Below the pieces are notes generated by a model that had not been told where the DNA came from, searched no databases, and saw nothing but the letters and a program-made list of their open reading frames with translations. 62,000 bases of DNA from the NCBI RefSeq assembly GCF_000737315.1, contig NZ_JMCB01000013.1:20001-82000 (forward strand), given 5' to 3'. Shown here one piece after another: positions 32,501-42,203 of the stretch. Position 1 is the first letter of the stretch, and every line of letters starts with the position of its first letter. A program made the translations under genes and the position numbers. The stretch comes from Hyalangium minutum (lineage in GTDB: Bacteria; Myxococcota; Myxococcia; Myxococcales; Myxococcaceae).

Positions 32501-33214
32501 CCGGCGAGGACGGTGCCGCCATGGGTGGAGCTCGAGCCCTGGCTGGAGACGCGGGGCCCGGCGCAGCTGGTGCCGTTGCTGCTGCGGGACGTGGATCTTC
32601 AGATGGCGGAGGCCCCTGTCTCGGAGCGGCGCCCTCACTTGGAGAAGCTGCTGCGGTACATGGGGCGGCAGCCGGACGAGGAGGGGATGGACGAGGTGCT
32701 GGGGATGGTGGATCGCTTCCTCGGGACGGAACTGGCGCGGAAGCTGGCCGCGAGCCCGTCAGCGAGCATTCATCGGGAACTCTCCTACCTGCTGGATCTG
32801 CCTTCGGCGTCCGCGAGGGGCCGGACGGCCGTGAGCGGGACCTTGGATCTGTTGTGGGAGACGCCGGAGGGGGAGGCGTGGGTGTTGGCGTGGCGCCCAT
32901 CGAAGCGTCATCCGCTGGGCGTCTCGGCCTTCGCGAACGAGCTGATGGCCCAGGGGCTCGCGGCGAAGCGCCTGGTGCGCGAGGGTGTGGCGGTGCGGGT
33001 AGGGGTGGTGTTCTTGGGGGAACCCACGCTGGCGGCGGAATTCCTGACGTTGCCGGGAGGCTGGGAGGAGCGGGCGGGGCGGCTGGCGGAGGCGGTGCGG
33101 GCCCTGGTCCGAGGGGAACTCCGCAGGGAGTGGCCGGGGCGGGAGCGGGAGACCTGCCAAGCACTGCATTGTGGCTTCGCGGAACACTGTCACGGCGCCC
33201 CAGGGGCGTGCTAA
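29576..33214 (+). CDS. addA: AddA-like UvrD/REP helicase with a degenerate C-terminal nuclease domain
   Basis: Walker A AGAGAGKT, LTFTDKAAAEM, TFHS, Walker B LVDEFQDTN, VGDRKQSIYEFRGAD, NRRS, TIHRAKGLEW, LLYVALTRAR. Confidence 0.9.
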   Translation: MSAVSPLALERNLALMAGAGAGKTYSLVTMVLHLFAGAREGLAPLKPSRLCMLTFTDKAAAEMRARTRTRLDALAQGEAEEPELRASLERLGRPFPSQDSWRALREELGAATVGTFHSLCGQLLRRAPPGLGIDPAFEVLDELEALGLVQDVCERVVLDGLESGDLRVTELCQELTFSGSGFSDGLVASLRQVYGKLREEGLRAATAALSSPEEARAELVTLIQEGLKHCQEARELDAKGEWGRLISACERALQPMTPENLGEPDRLPSLKAAFIADGRNFARLSKGAAGPIRSLYWLTRGKSDGSVMRLEDAYAAWRTAPFEATFRDLLGKVEVRHEGEFIRRNVFDFTALLVKARDLLRDHPSFRRQVQERMGALLVDEFQDTNRLQLELVLLLSELREGGPRPVRPDEDLRARLPLEPAFLCAVGDRKQSIYEFRGADVSVFTLLADKIVSEGGVRDFLRFNRRSVPALLDFFNRTFAGVLVASDPPRPYEVVYVPEEDDLSPVRRELAEAPAVERLVLGEAESSADARNKDAEAVARRLRVMLAPGADPCVTDEDGQRLRPARGGEVAILLRTFTHLEVYRQALIRHGVPHRVLRGRGFYGAQEVLDLASLLALLADSEDTLALTAVLRSPLVGLSDASLFRLSGPNGLTLAEIQKKDLDTCELPPRERLRLERFLAALPSLRRERDRLGVRALLQVALEVTGYREAMAGSPYAEQASANIDKLLALAARRDERGTGGCTAFARELRMLADADPTEAQADLLDAGDPRAVQILTIHRAKGLEWPVVVVPALGGKRRNTSARAHFERTHGLVLRPWLPDTLEDFRSRRFDRVREELKSREFAEYRRLLYVALTRARDMLILSGSAERGASDSWWHMMEARLDADAGLRRRVLDVEVDSLPPPADPLPPSAEELAEAEARVEAALERVRGGVSLPEPEEAIVSAAQLQDFMACPRRYRYVHQLGMSGPRPWELPARTVPPWVELEPWLETRGPAQLVPLLLRDVDLQMAEAPVSERRPHLEKLLRYMGRQPDEEGMDEVLGMVDRFLGTELARKLAASPSASIHRELSYLLDLPSASARGRTAVSGTLDLLWETPEGEAWVLAWRPSKRHPLGVSAFANELMAQGLAAKRLVREGVAVRVGVVFLGEPTLAAEFLTLPGGWEERAGRLAEAVRALVRGELRREWPGRERETCQALHCGFAEHCHGAPGAC

Positions 33215-34537
<1,323 letters not shown>

Positions 34538-34555
34538 CACAGCCAGGAGTTACCC

Positions 34556-35929
34556 ATGATGGCCCGTTGCCTCGTCATCGGTCTCACGGTCGCGCTCCTG
34601 GGCGCGGCACAACCGTCGGCTCCGGCCGAGGCGGCCTTCCTGAAGGGGGAGAAGGCGCTCGCGGCGAACAAGCTGGACGATGCAGCGGCGGCCTACCGCA
34701 AGGCGTTGGATGCGACGCCCAACTGGGCACCGGCGATCAACGGCCTGGGCAGCGTGCTCTTCAAGAAGGGCCAGTCGGTGGAGGCCATCGCGCTCTTCAA
34801 GTCCGCGACCGAGGCGGATCCGGACTTCAAGCTGGCGTGGTTCAACCTGGGCTACGCGGCGCGCAAGTCCGGGGACTTCGCCACGGCGGCGCGGGCCTAC
34901 GAGCGCTACACGCAGCTGGATTCGAATGATCCGGATGGCTTCTACGGGCTGGGGGAGAGCTACCGTCAACTGGGCGAGCCCGCCAAGGCGATCACCGCCT
35001 ACGAGACCTATGTCTCGCGCGAGAAGCGCCCCAGCGAGCAGAAGTGGGTGGAGAAGGCGCGCGAGCAGGTAACGGCCCTGCGCGCCCAGACCGCGGCCCC
35101 TGCTGCGGCTCCTCCTGCGGCTCCGGCCCCTGCTGTGGCGGTGGTGGCCACTCCGGCGCCCGCGGCCTCCCCTGCGGCGGGCCCGGCCGTTGCTCCCGCC
35201 CCCCTCATCCCAGCCAGTCAGCTGAACCGGAACCTCTCCATCACCCGGGCGCGTGATGGCGATGCGCTGATGAAGGAGCGCCGGTACCGCGAAGCGACCT
35301 TTGCCTACTTGGACGCGGTGCACGCGGATCCGTTCAACACGGAGGCGCTCTTCAAACTGGGGAACGCACTGGCGGTGCTGGGCTACTACGCTCAAGCCGT
35401 GGAGTACTGGAGCCGTGCGGCGGGCTCCACCCAGGACGCGGCCATCCGCCAGAGCGCGCTGGACAACGTGGCCAAGGCGCAGGGGCGAATCGCGCAGCAG
35501 GGGGGCTCTCCGCAGGCACAGGGCGTGGCTCCCGGCTTCGGGCCGCTGGCGGACACGACGCGCACCCAGGCGCGCGGGGCCTACGAGCAGGGAGTTCAGC
35601 GCATCCAGGCGCGGGACTATGCGGGAGCGCTGCAGAGCCTCACGCAGGCCATCCAGTTGGAGCCGACGCTGGCGGTGGCCTTCATCGCGCGTGGGAGTGC
35701 CTACATTGGCCTGCGCCGGTACGCAGAGGCGGCGGTGGACTACGAGTACGCACTTCGTCTGGCACCGGACATGGCCTCACCGCTGTATGGGCTGGGGGAG
35801 AGCTACCGGATGCTCGGGCGGAGCGCGGAGGCGCGCGCCAGCTACGAGCGTTATGCCACCTCGACGGCCAAAGACGTGCGGCCCGAACTCCAGGCCGAGG
35901 CACGGCAGAACGCCGAGCGCCTGCGCTGA
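34556..35929 (+). CDS. Secreted tetratricopeptide repeat protein with a Pro/Ala linker
   Basis: Signal peptide; three TPR clusters (A..A Y..AL...P, W.NLG, YGLGE.Y); PAAAPPAAPAP linker. Confidence 0.88.
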   Translation: MMARCLVIGLTVALLGAAQPSAPAEAAFLKGEKALAANKLDDAAAAYRKALDATPNWAPAINGLGSVLFKKGQSVEAIALFKSATEADPDFKLAWFNLGYAARKSGDFATAARAYERYTQLDSNDPDGFYGLGESYRQLGEPAKAITAYETYVSREKRPSEQKWVEKAREQVTALRAQTAAPAAAPPAAPAPAVAVVATPAPAASPAAGPAVAPAPLIPASQLNRNLSITRARDGDALMKERRYREATFAYLDAVHADPFNTEALFKLGNALAVLGYYAQAVEYWSRAAGSTQDAAIRQSALDNVAKAQGRIAQQGGSPQAQGVAPGFGPLADTTRTQARGAYEQGVQRIQARDYAGALQSLTQAIQLEPTLAVAFIARGSAYIGLRRYAEAAVDYEYALRLAPDMASPLYGLGESYRMLGRSAEARASYERYATSTAKDVRPELQAEARQNAERLR

Positions 35930-35994
35930 ATATGCAGACGTTATCCGCTGAGGGATGGGTGGCGGATGTCACACCCGTGCCTTAGCTTGTCTGC

Positions 35995-36423
35995 ATGGAC
36001 GGGCGTAATTCCGAAGCTGCGGGCCGGCAGGTGTTTCGTCCTCGGCGTGTGCTCGCGGCGCTGATGGCGGCTGCGGGGCTGCTGTGGGTGATGGTGTTGG
36101 TGTACCTGCTGAGCTTCGAGGGCGTCCCGCTCAAGACATTTCTGGCGGTGATCTTCTTCGTCGTCTTCTTCGGTGTGTCGGTGATGTACTACGCCCGGAC
36201 GCGGATCGTGGTGGACGCGGGAGGCATCACCTACCGGGGCATGGTGCGCACGAAGCGCTTCTCCTTCAAGGAGATCCGCAAGGTGGACGTGCTGCCGGGT
36301 CCAGTCACGGTGTACGCCATCCGGGACACGGGTGGTGGCCTGGTGCACTTCACGAGCTTCTTCACGCACCACCAGCGGCTCGCGGCGCTGCTCGTGGAGC
36401 GAGCGGGTCTCAGGCCGGTCTGA
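35995..36423 (+). CDS. Membrane protein with a bacterial PH-like domain
   Basis: Two TM helices followed by RIVVDAGGITYRG..RTKRFSFKEIRKV. Confidence 0.75.
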   Translation: MDGRNSEAAGRQVFRPRRVLAALMAAAGLLWVMVLVYLLSFEGVPLKTFLAVIFFVVFFGVSVMYYARTRIVVDAGGITYRGMVRTKRFSFKEIRKVDVLPGPVTVYAIRDTGGGLVHFTSFFTHHQRLAALLVERAGLRPV

Positions 36424-36440
36424 CCCGAGGCCCATAGGCT

Positions 36441-37286
36441 TCACCCTACCAGCGCATACGTCACGAGCACTCCAGCCACGGCTGACGCCACGCCCAGGCC
36501 GATGAGCCACCACTCGGTCAGTGACGGCTGATGGGCGGTCTCAGCCATGGGCGGTGGGGACATGTCTGAAAGCTCGGCGGGCAGCGGAGCGGGCTCAGAG
36601 TCTGCAGAGGGCTCGGAGGCTGGAGGCGGCTCTTCCACGGCGGCCTGGAAGCGCAGGAGCGTCTTCCCCATCTCAATGACGTCCCCATCCGAGAGCAGCT
36701 CGGATCCCTGTACACGGCGGCCGTTGAGGTACACGCCATTGGGACTGTTCAGGGCCACGAGGGTGAACTGAGCGCCCTGACGTAAGACGCGGCCATGAGA
36801 GCGCGAGACGGTTCGGTCTCTCAAGCGGAAGGTCATCTGGGCTCCGCGGCCGATGTCGGTCTTCTCTTCGGCCAAAGGAAAGGTGCGGCCCACATCCAGG
36901 CCCGTGAGGCAGGTGAGGGTGGCGGCGCGAGAGCGGACCAGGCCATCACCATCGGTGAGCAGGTGCTTGAGCACGGCCACAGTGCCCATTCCCCGAGAGC
37001 CTCCTTTCGAGGAGTCGAGGATCTTCAGGCGCATGTCCTCGGGCAACCCCACCACTTCGCCGGGGAGCACCAGCCGAGGCACTCCCGGCGGAACGAGCAC
37101 GCCATTCACGGTGAAGGTCTGCGAGGTCCCCACTGTCAGGCGAGAGCCCTCAATGGTCAGCTTGAGGAAGCTGGGAGGCAGTGCCTCCAGCCGGACATGG
37201 TCGTTGGGGCCTCCTCCCAGCAGGTGCTGGCCGTCGGTCAGCTCGAACGGAGTGGCCGTTCCCAAGTGCTCGAATTCGAAGTGCAT
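36441..37286 (-). CDS. FHA-domain protein with a C-terminal membrane anchor (degenerate FHA plus FHA)
   Basis: IGR...DRTVSRSHG...NSPNGVYLNG...LSDGDVIEMG; C-terminal hydrophobic helix. Start set at ATG 37286 (MHFEF). Confidence 0.85.
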   Translation of the reverse strand: MHFEFEHLGTATPFELTDGQHLLGGGPNDHVRLEALPPSFLKLTIEGSRLTVGTSQTFTVNGVLVPPGVPRLVLPGEVVGLPEDMRLKILDSSKGGSRGMGTVAVLKHLLTDGDGLVRSRAATLTCLTGLDVGRTFPLAEEKTDIGRGAQMTFRLRDRTVSRSHGRVLRQGAQFTLVALNSPNGVYLNGRRVQGSELLSDGDVIEMGKTLLRFQAAVEEPPPASEPSADSEPAPLPAELSDMSPPPMAETAHQPSLTEWWLIGLGVASAVAGVLVTYALVG

Positions 37287-37513
37287 GCGTCGGGACTGAG
37301 CAACCTTGATGCCAACCCAGGTCCGCTCGTAAACGCCCCCACCGACCGTCCATGGCCGTGGACGGACCGTCTCCGTCGCGAGACGCTTCACCCCCAGTCT
37401 CCCCTCGCACTCCAGCCCAAGTGGTCTGCTTGTCAGACCAGTTTGCGGGCAGCACGGCCAGCCCCGGGGTTTTCTGCACCCACCGAGGCCACTCCGTTAG
37501 GATTCCGGCGCCG

Positions 37514-38725
37514 ATGGGCCTCCCCCGACCGTTCGTCCTTCCCCTGCTGACGTTATCGATGCTCCTCCTCGTGGCCTGCCGGGATGAGCAGGCGGGCCCG
37601 CGCCCGCGCACCCAGAAGATGCCCACCGTCGAGCAACTGCAGCCTCGCACCCTGGACACTGTGCCGGGGGACCTCACGTTCCGCAGTGGGGCCACGTTTG
37701 CCGGCGGGGCGATCGTCTACTTGGGCTCTCGGGTAACCCCGGCCCAGGCCACACCCGGCCAGCAGGTGACGCTGTCGCACTACTTCCAGGCGGCGCGCCA
37801 GGTTCCACCCGGATATGGCTTCTTCGTCCACATCATTGATCCGTCCACCGGGCAGATGCTGATCAACGCGGACCACGAGTTCCAGAATGGCCTGGCGCCG
37901 CTCGGCACGTGGCCGGTGGGCAAGATCATCGAGGACACGCATGCCATCCAGCTGCCGCAAGCCGCCGCGCGGGTAGTGCTTGGATTCTGGCGCGACGACC
38001 AGCGCCTGCCGGTGGACGACCCGAGGGCTCAGGATGGGCAGAACCGCATGATCGGGCCGGAGCTGGGCGGCAAGGCGCCAGAGCTCCCCGAGTACAAAGC
38101 CCCTCGAGCCCAGAAGCCGCCGGTCATCGACGGGGTGCTGGACGACGAGGCGTGGAAGTCGGCCCCTGTGGCGGTCTTGCAGGGCAGCTTTGACGGCCGT
38201 CCCGTGGTTCTGCGCACCGAGGCTCGGCTGACCTATGACGATGCGAACCTCTACGTCTCTTTCGACGCGGAGGATCCGGACATCTGGGGCACGCTGCTCA
38301 AGCGGGACGAGCCCATCTACGAGCAGGAGGTGGTGGAGATCTTCCTCGACGCCAACGCGAACGGGAGGACCTACAACGAACTCCAGGTGTCACCGCACAA
38401 CGTCATCTTCGACGCGTACTTCCCGGCCCGGAGGCAGGGAATGGACACGGGCTGGGACTCGGGGATGAAGACGGCGGTGAAGGTGAAGGGGACGATCGAC
38501 GACCCCTCCGATCGGGACGAGCGCTGGACGGTGGAGCTGCAGATCCCCTTCGCGCGGCTGGCGGAGGTGCCGAACGTGCCGCCCAAGAAGGGCGACCGCT
38601 GGCGCTTCAACCTGTACCGGCTGGAGCACCTGGGGCGCACCAACGTCGAGGGCCAATCCTTCTCCCCGGTCTTCGTGGGAGACTTCCACGCGCTGCCGCG
38701 CTTCGGCTGGCTGACCTTCGACTAG
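37514..38725 (+). CDS. Lipoprotein with a carbohydrate-binding family 9-like (CBM9/DOMON-like) domain
   Basis: Lipobox LVA-C; PVIDGVLDDEAW, YDDANLYV, EVVEIFLD, YNELQVSP, WTVELQIPF, WRFNLYR. Start ATG 37514. Confidence 0.85.
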   Translation: MGLPRPFVLPLLTLSMLLLVACRDEQAGPRPRTQKMPTVEQLQPRTLDTVPGDLTFRSGATFAGGAIVYLGSRVTPAQATPGQQVTLSHYFQAARQVPPGYGFFVHIIDPSTGQMLINADHEFQNGLAPLGTWPVGKIIEDTHAIQLPQAAARVVLGFWRDDQRLPVDDPRAQDGQNRMIGPELGGKAPELPEYKAPRAQKPPVIDGVLDDEAWKSAPVAVLQGSFDGRPVVLRTEARLTYDDANLYVSFDAEDPDIWGTLLKRDEPIYEQEVVEIFLDANANGRTYNELQVSPHNVIFDAYFPARRQGMDTGWDSGMKTAVKVKGTIDDPSDRDERWTVELQIPFARLAEVPNVPPKKGDRWRFNLYRLEHLGRTNVEGQSFSPVFVGDFHALPRFGWLTFD

Positions 38726-38976
38726 GCGTGGGGAGTGATCTCCCAGTGCGCGTCCGCGACGGAGCGCTCGGAGGGGTCCCCCAGGAAGCGAAGGAAGCCG
38801 CGGAGCTCGAGGGTGTCGATGAGCTCTTCGGACTCCAGCTCGGAGAAGCCCTTCATGTGCACGAGCATGTCCCGCATCATGGACTTGCCGCGCAAGTAGC
38901 CTACGGGCTCACCAGGTCCCAGTGCGCCCTTCAAGTCCTCAGTCAGCTGCCTCAAATCGAGATCATCCGAGATCAT
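38722..38976 (-). CDS. Small hypothetical protein (about 84 aa)
   Basis: Good codon bias; begins 4 nt after the comEC stop (MISDDLDL...); 4-nt convergent overlap with the CBM9 gene. Confidence 0.75.
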   Translation of the reverse strand: MISDDLDLRQLTEDLKGALGPGEPVGYLRGKSMMRDMLVHMKGFSELESEELIDTLELRGFLRFLGDPSERSVADAHWEITPHA

Positions 38977-38980
38977 CCCT

Positions 38981-41446
38981 TCAAGGCTGGGGATGGTGGG
39001 CGACTGGGGCAACGGGGGAAGTGGAACGCGGCTTCTCGCGTGTCAGGTAGCCATGCAAGCGGACCTGACGGCCGTCGCTCTCCAGGGTAACGGCACCGTC
39101 CAGATCCGTACGAAAGCACTCGCTGCCCAGGGACTGGTAGCGCTCGAAAACCTCCGGGTGAGGGAAGCCGAACCGATTGCGGAGCCCCACGCAGAAGACG
39201 ACGTACTTGGGCTGGGTCCGCGCCAGCATGGGTTCAGTGGATGACGTGCGAGAGCCATGGTGAGGCGCCTTGAGCACCGTCACGGGCCCCAGGCGGTCGA
39301 GCAGCAATTCCTCACCGGCCTCCTCCACATCGCCCGTCAGCAGCACGGTGACGTCGCCATGGCGCACGAGCAGCACCACACTGCGGTCATTCACTCCTTC
39401 GAGCAGCTCGCGATCTTCGGGGAGGGGAGGTGCCAGCACTTCGAGCGTGGCCTCGCCCAGCTGGAACGAGGGCCACTCGGCCTGGACCTCCTCGACCTTG
39501 GCGCCACCGGCCGCGGCGATGAGCTTCCGGGACAGGGCGCCATCCGTGCTGCTCGCGGGTAGCCAGAGGCGGTCCGTGGGCACCTCGGCCAGCGTGGAGA
39601 TCATCCCCAGTGCATGATCCGGATGGGGGTGGGAGAGGACGGCGAGATCCAGCCGATCGATATGCTCGTGCTGGAGAAAGGGGATGACGTAGCGCTGGCC
39701 TGTGTCCGCGCCACCGGGCGCTCCACCGCCATCCACGAGCGCATGGTGTCCCCGTGAGCTGAGGACCATGGAGTCTCCCTGGCCCACGGAGAGGAAGGTG
39801 ATGCGCAGAGGCGGCTGAGGTGTGAACACCGGCAGCAGCACGGCCATCACGAAAGCCGCCGGTGTGAGCAGTCCTCCGAGCCGCCAGCGTCCCCTGCCGA
39901 GCGCCCACATCGCGAGCCCCAGGGCATACATCGCCGTGAGCCACGGCCCGAACGTGGGCAGCTTCACGGTGGCGAGCGGCATCGCCGCGAAGAACCGCGT
40001 GAGGATGATCAGCAGCTGGGACACCCAAGCCCCAGCCCACAGCACCGGAGTGGCCAGCATCGGTGAGACGATGAACAGCGCCACACCGCCTGCGGCGAAT
40101 CCGGTGAGCAGGCCGCACAAGGGCAGGCAGACGATGTTGGAGATCAATCCCGCGAGGCTCGCACGGCCAAAGGCGCTGGCCACCAAAGGCACACTGGCTC
40201 CGGTGACTGCGGCGCTGGCTCCGAACGTCTCCAGGATGGTCTCTCGCGCCTGCCCCCAGAGTCGCATGAGCCTGCGCTCCTCCTTCGGATCCGGAGGCGC
40301 AAGGGGAACAGCCGCACGCAGCGCCGGCGTGAGCAGCAGCAGGCTCAGCACCGCGAGGAAAGACAGCTGCAGCGACAGATCCACCACGCTGGAGGGCGCC
40401 CAGATAACCAGCAGGAGCGCCGCGGCAGACAGGCTGTTGAGCCCATCCGCGCGCCGCCACAGGGCCAGCCCCAGCAGCACCACCGTGGCCATGACCGCCG
40501 AGCGCACTGCCGGAGGCTGGTTGCCCGTAAAGACAACGTAAGCCCAGACAAACGGCACGGAGGCGGGAGCCGCCACCCGCCGTGCCTCGATGCCACGGAA
40601 ACGTATCCCCACGCGCACCAGCAATCGCCGCAGCAGTGCAAGCGTCATCAGCGCCAGCGCCGCCACGTGCAGTCCGCTCACGCTGAGCACGTGCGCGAGG
40701 CCGCTCCGCGAGAACGCATCCTCCAGCGAGTCATCCAGCGCCGCCCGCTGACCCGCGGCGAGCGTGAGGAACAGCGCCGCCGCATCCTCCGAAGGTGCCA
40801 GCCTCCGCACCGCCGCGGACAGCCCCTCCTGCGTCCGCGCAATGGCCTGCCACCCCGTGGAAGGGGGCGACAACACCAACAGCCGTCCCGCCACCACGCT
40901 GCCGGAAAACACAAAGGCCTGACGTCTGCGAGCCGCCGTGAAGTTCTTCTCACCCGGGTTGGCCGGAGGGGCCAGGGGCTGCAACTTGGCCTCCGCCCAG
41001 ATGCGTTGTCCCGGCAGCAGCGTGGGCCCAGCACCGTGCACGTAGAGGCTCGCGCGGAAGCGGACCGGAGCTGTCGCGTCGGCCTTCACACCCGCCCGAG
41101 CCACCGCCAAGTGGATCCGCGTCGAGTCCTCGAACGGATCCACCCGTTCGATCTCTCCCTCCAAAATAACGGATCCACCGCTGATCAGCTCCGGCGGCAC
41201 CTCCACGCGGGCCTCGAGCGCCCCGAGCCCCGCGCCCGCAACTCCCAGTGCCACCAGCAACACCAGGTGAGCACCAGGCAACCGAGCGAGCGATAGCACG
41301 GCCGCACTCATGAGAGCCGCGATGATCAGGAATACCCAGCCTCCGGAGCCCGTTCCCAACGGGCTCAACGCAGCACCGAGCATCACAGCTAATGCAGGAA
41401 AGAAGAGAGGGCGCGCCGAGAGGTCGCCCCATACATAACGATCCAC
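38981..41446 (-). CDS. comEC: DNA internalization-related competence protein ComEC/Rec2
   Basis: OB-like region; competence domain GLAHVLSVSGLHV, PAVRS, LSLQLSFLA; MBL domain VGQGDS, LVDGG, SHPHPDH, LLTGD, KAPHHGS, NRFGFPH, RTD. Confidence 0.95.
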   Translation of the reverse strand: MDRYVWGDLSARPLFFPALAVMLGAALSPLGTGSGGWVFLIIAALMSAAVLSLARLPGAHLVLLVALGVAGAGLGALEARVEVPPELISGGSVILEGEIERVDPFEDSTRIHLAVARAGVKADATAPVRFRASLYVHGAGPTLLPGQRIWAEAKLQPLAPPANPGEKNFTAARRRQAFVFSGSVVAGRLLVLSPPSTGWQAIARTQEGLSAAVRRLAPSEDAAALFLTLAAGQRAALDDSLEDAFSRSGLAHVLSVSGLHVAALALMTLALLRRLLVRVGIRFRGIEARRVAAPASVPFVWAYVVFTGNQPPAVRSAVMATVVLLGLALWRRADGLNSLSAAALLLVIWAPSSVVDLSLQLSFLAVLSLLLLTPALRAAVPLAPPDPKEERRLMRLWGQARETILETFGASAAVTGASVPLVASAFGRASLAGLISNIVCLPLCGLLTGFAAGGVALFIVSPMLATPVLWAGAWVSQLLIILTRFFAAMPLATVKLPTFGPWLTAMYALGLAMWALGRGRWRLGGLLTPAAFVMAVLLPVFTPQPPLRITFLSVGQGDSMVLSSRGHHALVDGGGAPGGADTGQRYVIPFLQHEHIDRLDLAVLSHPHPDHALGMISTLAEVPTDRLWLPASSTDGALSRKLIAAAGGAKVEEVQAEWPSFQLGEATLEVLAPPLPEDRELLEGVNDRSVVLLVRHGDVTVLLTGDVEEAGEELLLDRLGPVTVLKAPHHGSRTSSTEPMLARTQPKYVVFCVGLRNRFGFPHPEVFERYQSLGSECFRTDLDGAVTLESDGRQVRLHGYLTREKPRSTSPVAPVAHHPQP

Positions 41447-41563
41447 AACCTACCCCGCCCGTCCTATCCCCGGCGCGGTACCCACAGCAGTGGGCGGCGC
41501 GCATGAAATCCGACACGGTAGTAGGGCAGTTCTGAGATGGTCAAGAGTTCATCGGCGGAAACG

Positions 41564-41592
41564 TTGCTGGAACGTGTGGTTTGTGGTAGTAG
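41564..41592 (+). promoter_or_regulatory. Possible housekeeping-sigma promoter of cdnL
   Basis: TTGCTG-N17-TAGTAG, a weak consensus match; strong SD AAGGAGG at 41627-41633. Confidence 0.3.
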
Positions 41593-41642
41593 TGCCGTGC
41601 GTCCGTAGGCCGGAGCCGGAATTTTCAAGGAGGCGGTAACGA

Positions 41643-42140
41643 GTGCAGACCAGCTTCAAGACTGGTGACAAGGCGGTTTATCCGGGCCAAGGGGTCGGCG
41701 AGGTGATGGGCATCGAGCACACCGAGGTGGCCGGGCAGCGCCAGTCGTTCTACGTGCTGCGCATCCTGGAGAACGGGATGCGGATCATGATCCCCATCAA
41801 CAAGGTCGGCTCGGTGGGCCTTCGCGAGATCATCAGCGAGGAGGACGTCAAGCAGGTCTATTCCATCCTCAAGGAGAAGGACATCTCCGTCGACTCCACC
41901 ACCTGGAACCGCCGGTACCGGGAGTACATGGAGAAGATCAAGACGGGCTCCGTCTTCGAGATCGCCGAGGTGCTTCGCGATCTGTACCTCCTGAAGGGTG
42001 ACAAGGATCTCTCCTTCGGTGAGCGCAAGATGCTGGATACGGCGCGTTCGCTGCTGATCAAGGAGCTGTCGCTGGCCAAGGACTGCTCCGAGGAAGAGAT
42101 CGAGTCGGACCTGAAGAAGATCTTCAACATCACCGCCTAG
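41643..42140 (+). CDS. cdnL: CarD/CdnL family RNA polymerase-binding transcription factor
   Basis: FKTGDKAVYPGQGVG, TTWNRRYRE, LSFGERKML; stand-alone 165 aa with no HMGA tail, matching myxobacterial CdnL as I recall it. Confidence 0.95.
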   Translation: MQTSFKTGDKAVYPGQGVGEVMGIEHTEVAGQRQSFYVLRILENGMRIMIPINKVGSVGLREIISEEDVKQVYSILKEKDISVDSTTWNRRYREYMEKIKTGSVFEIAEVLRDLYLLKGDKDLSFGERKMLDTARSLLIKELSLAKDCSEEEIESDLKKIFNITA

Positions 42141-42168
42141 CAGAAGCAGCGCCGCTGGCGCATGCTCG

Positions 42169-42202
42169 GCCCCGGGCTCCTCAGAGGAACCCGGGGCTTT
42201 TT
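42169..42202 (+). terminator. Intrinsic terminator after cdnL
   Basis: GCCCCGGGCTCC-TCAGA-GGAACCCGGGGC stem with one mismatch, followed by TTTTT. Confidence 0.75.
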
Positions 42203-42203
42203 C

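Noticed and set aside
35090-35210. Low-complexity GC-rich repeats in the TPR gene, and similar stretches at 43270-43620
   Set aside because: They encode ordinary Pro/Ala linkers and are not independent DNA repeat elements.
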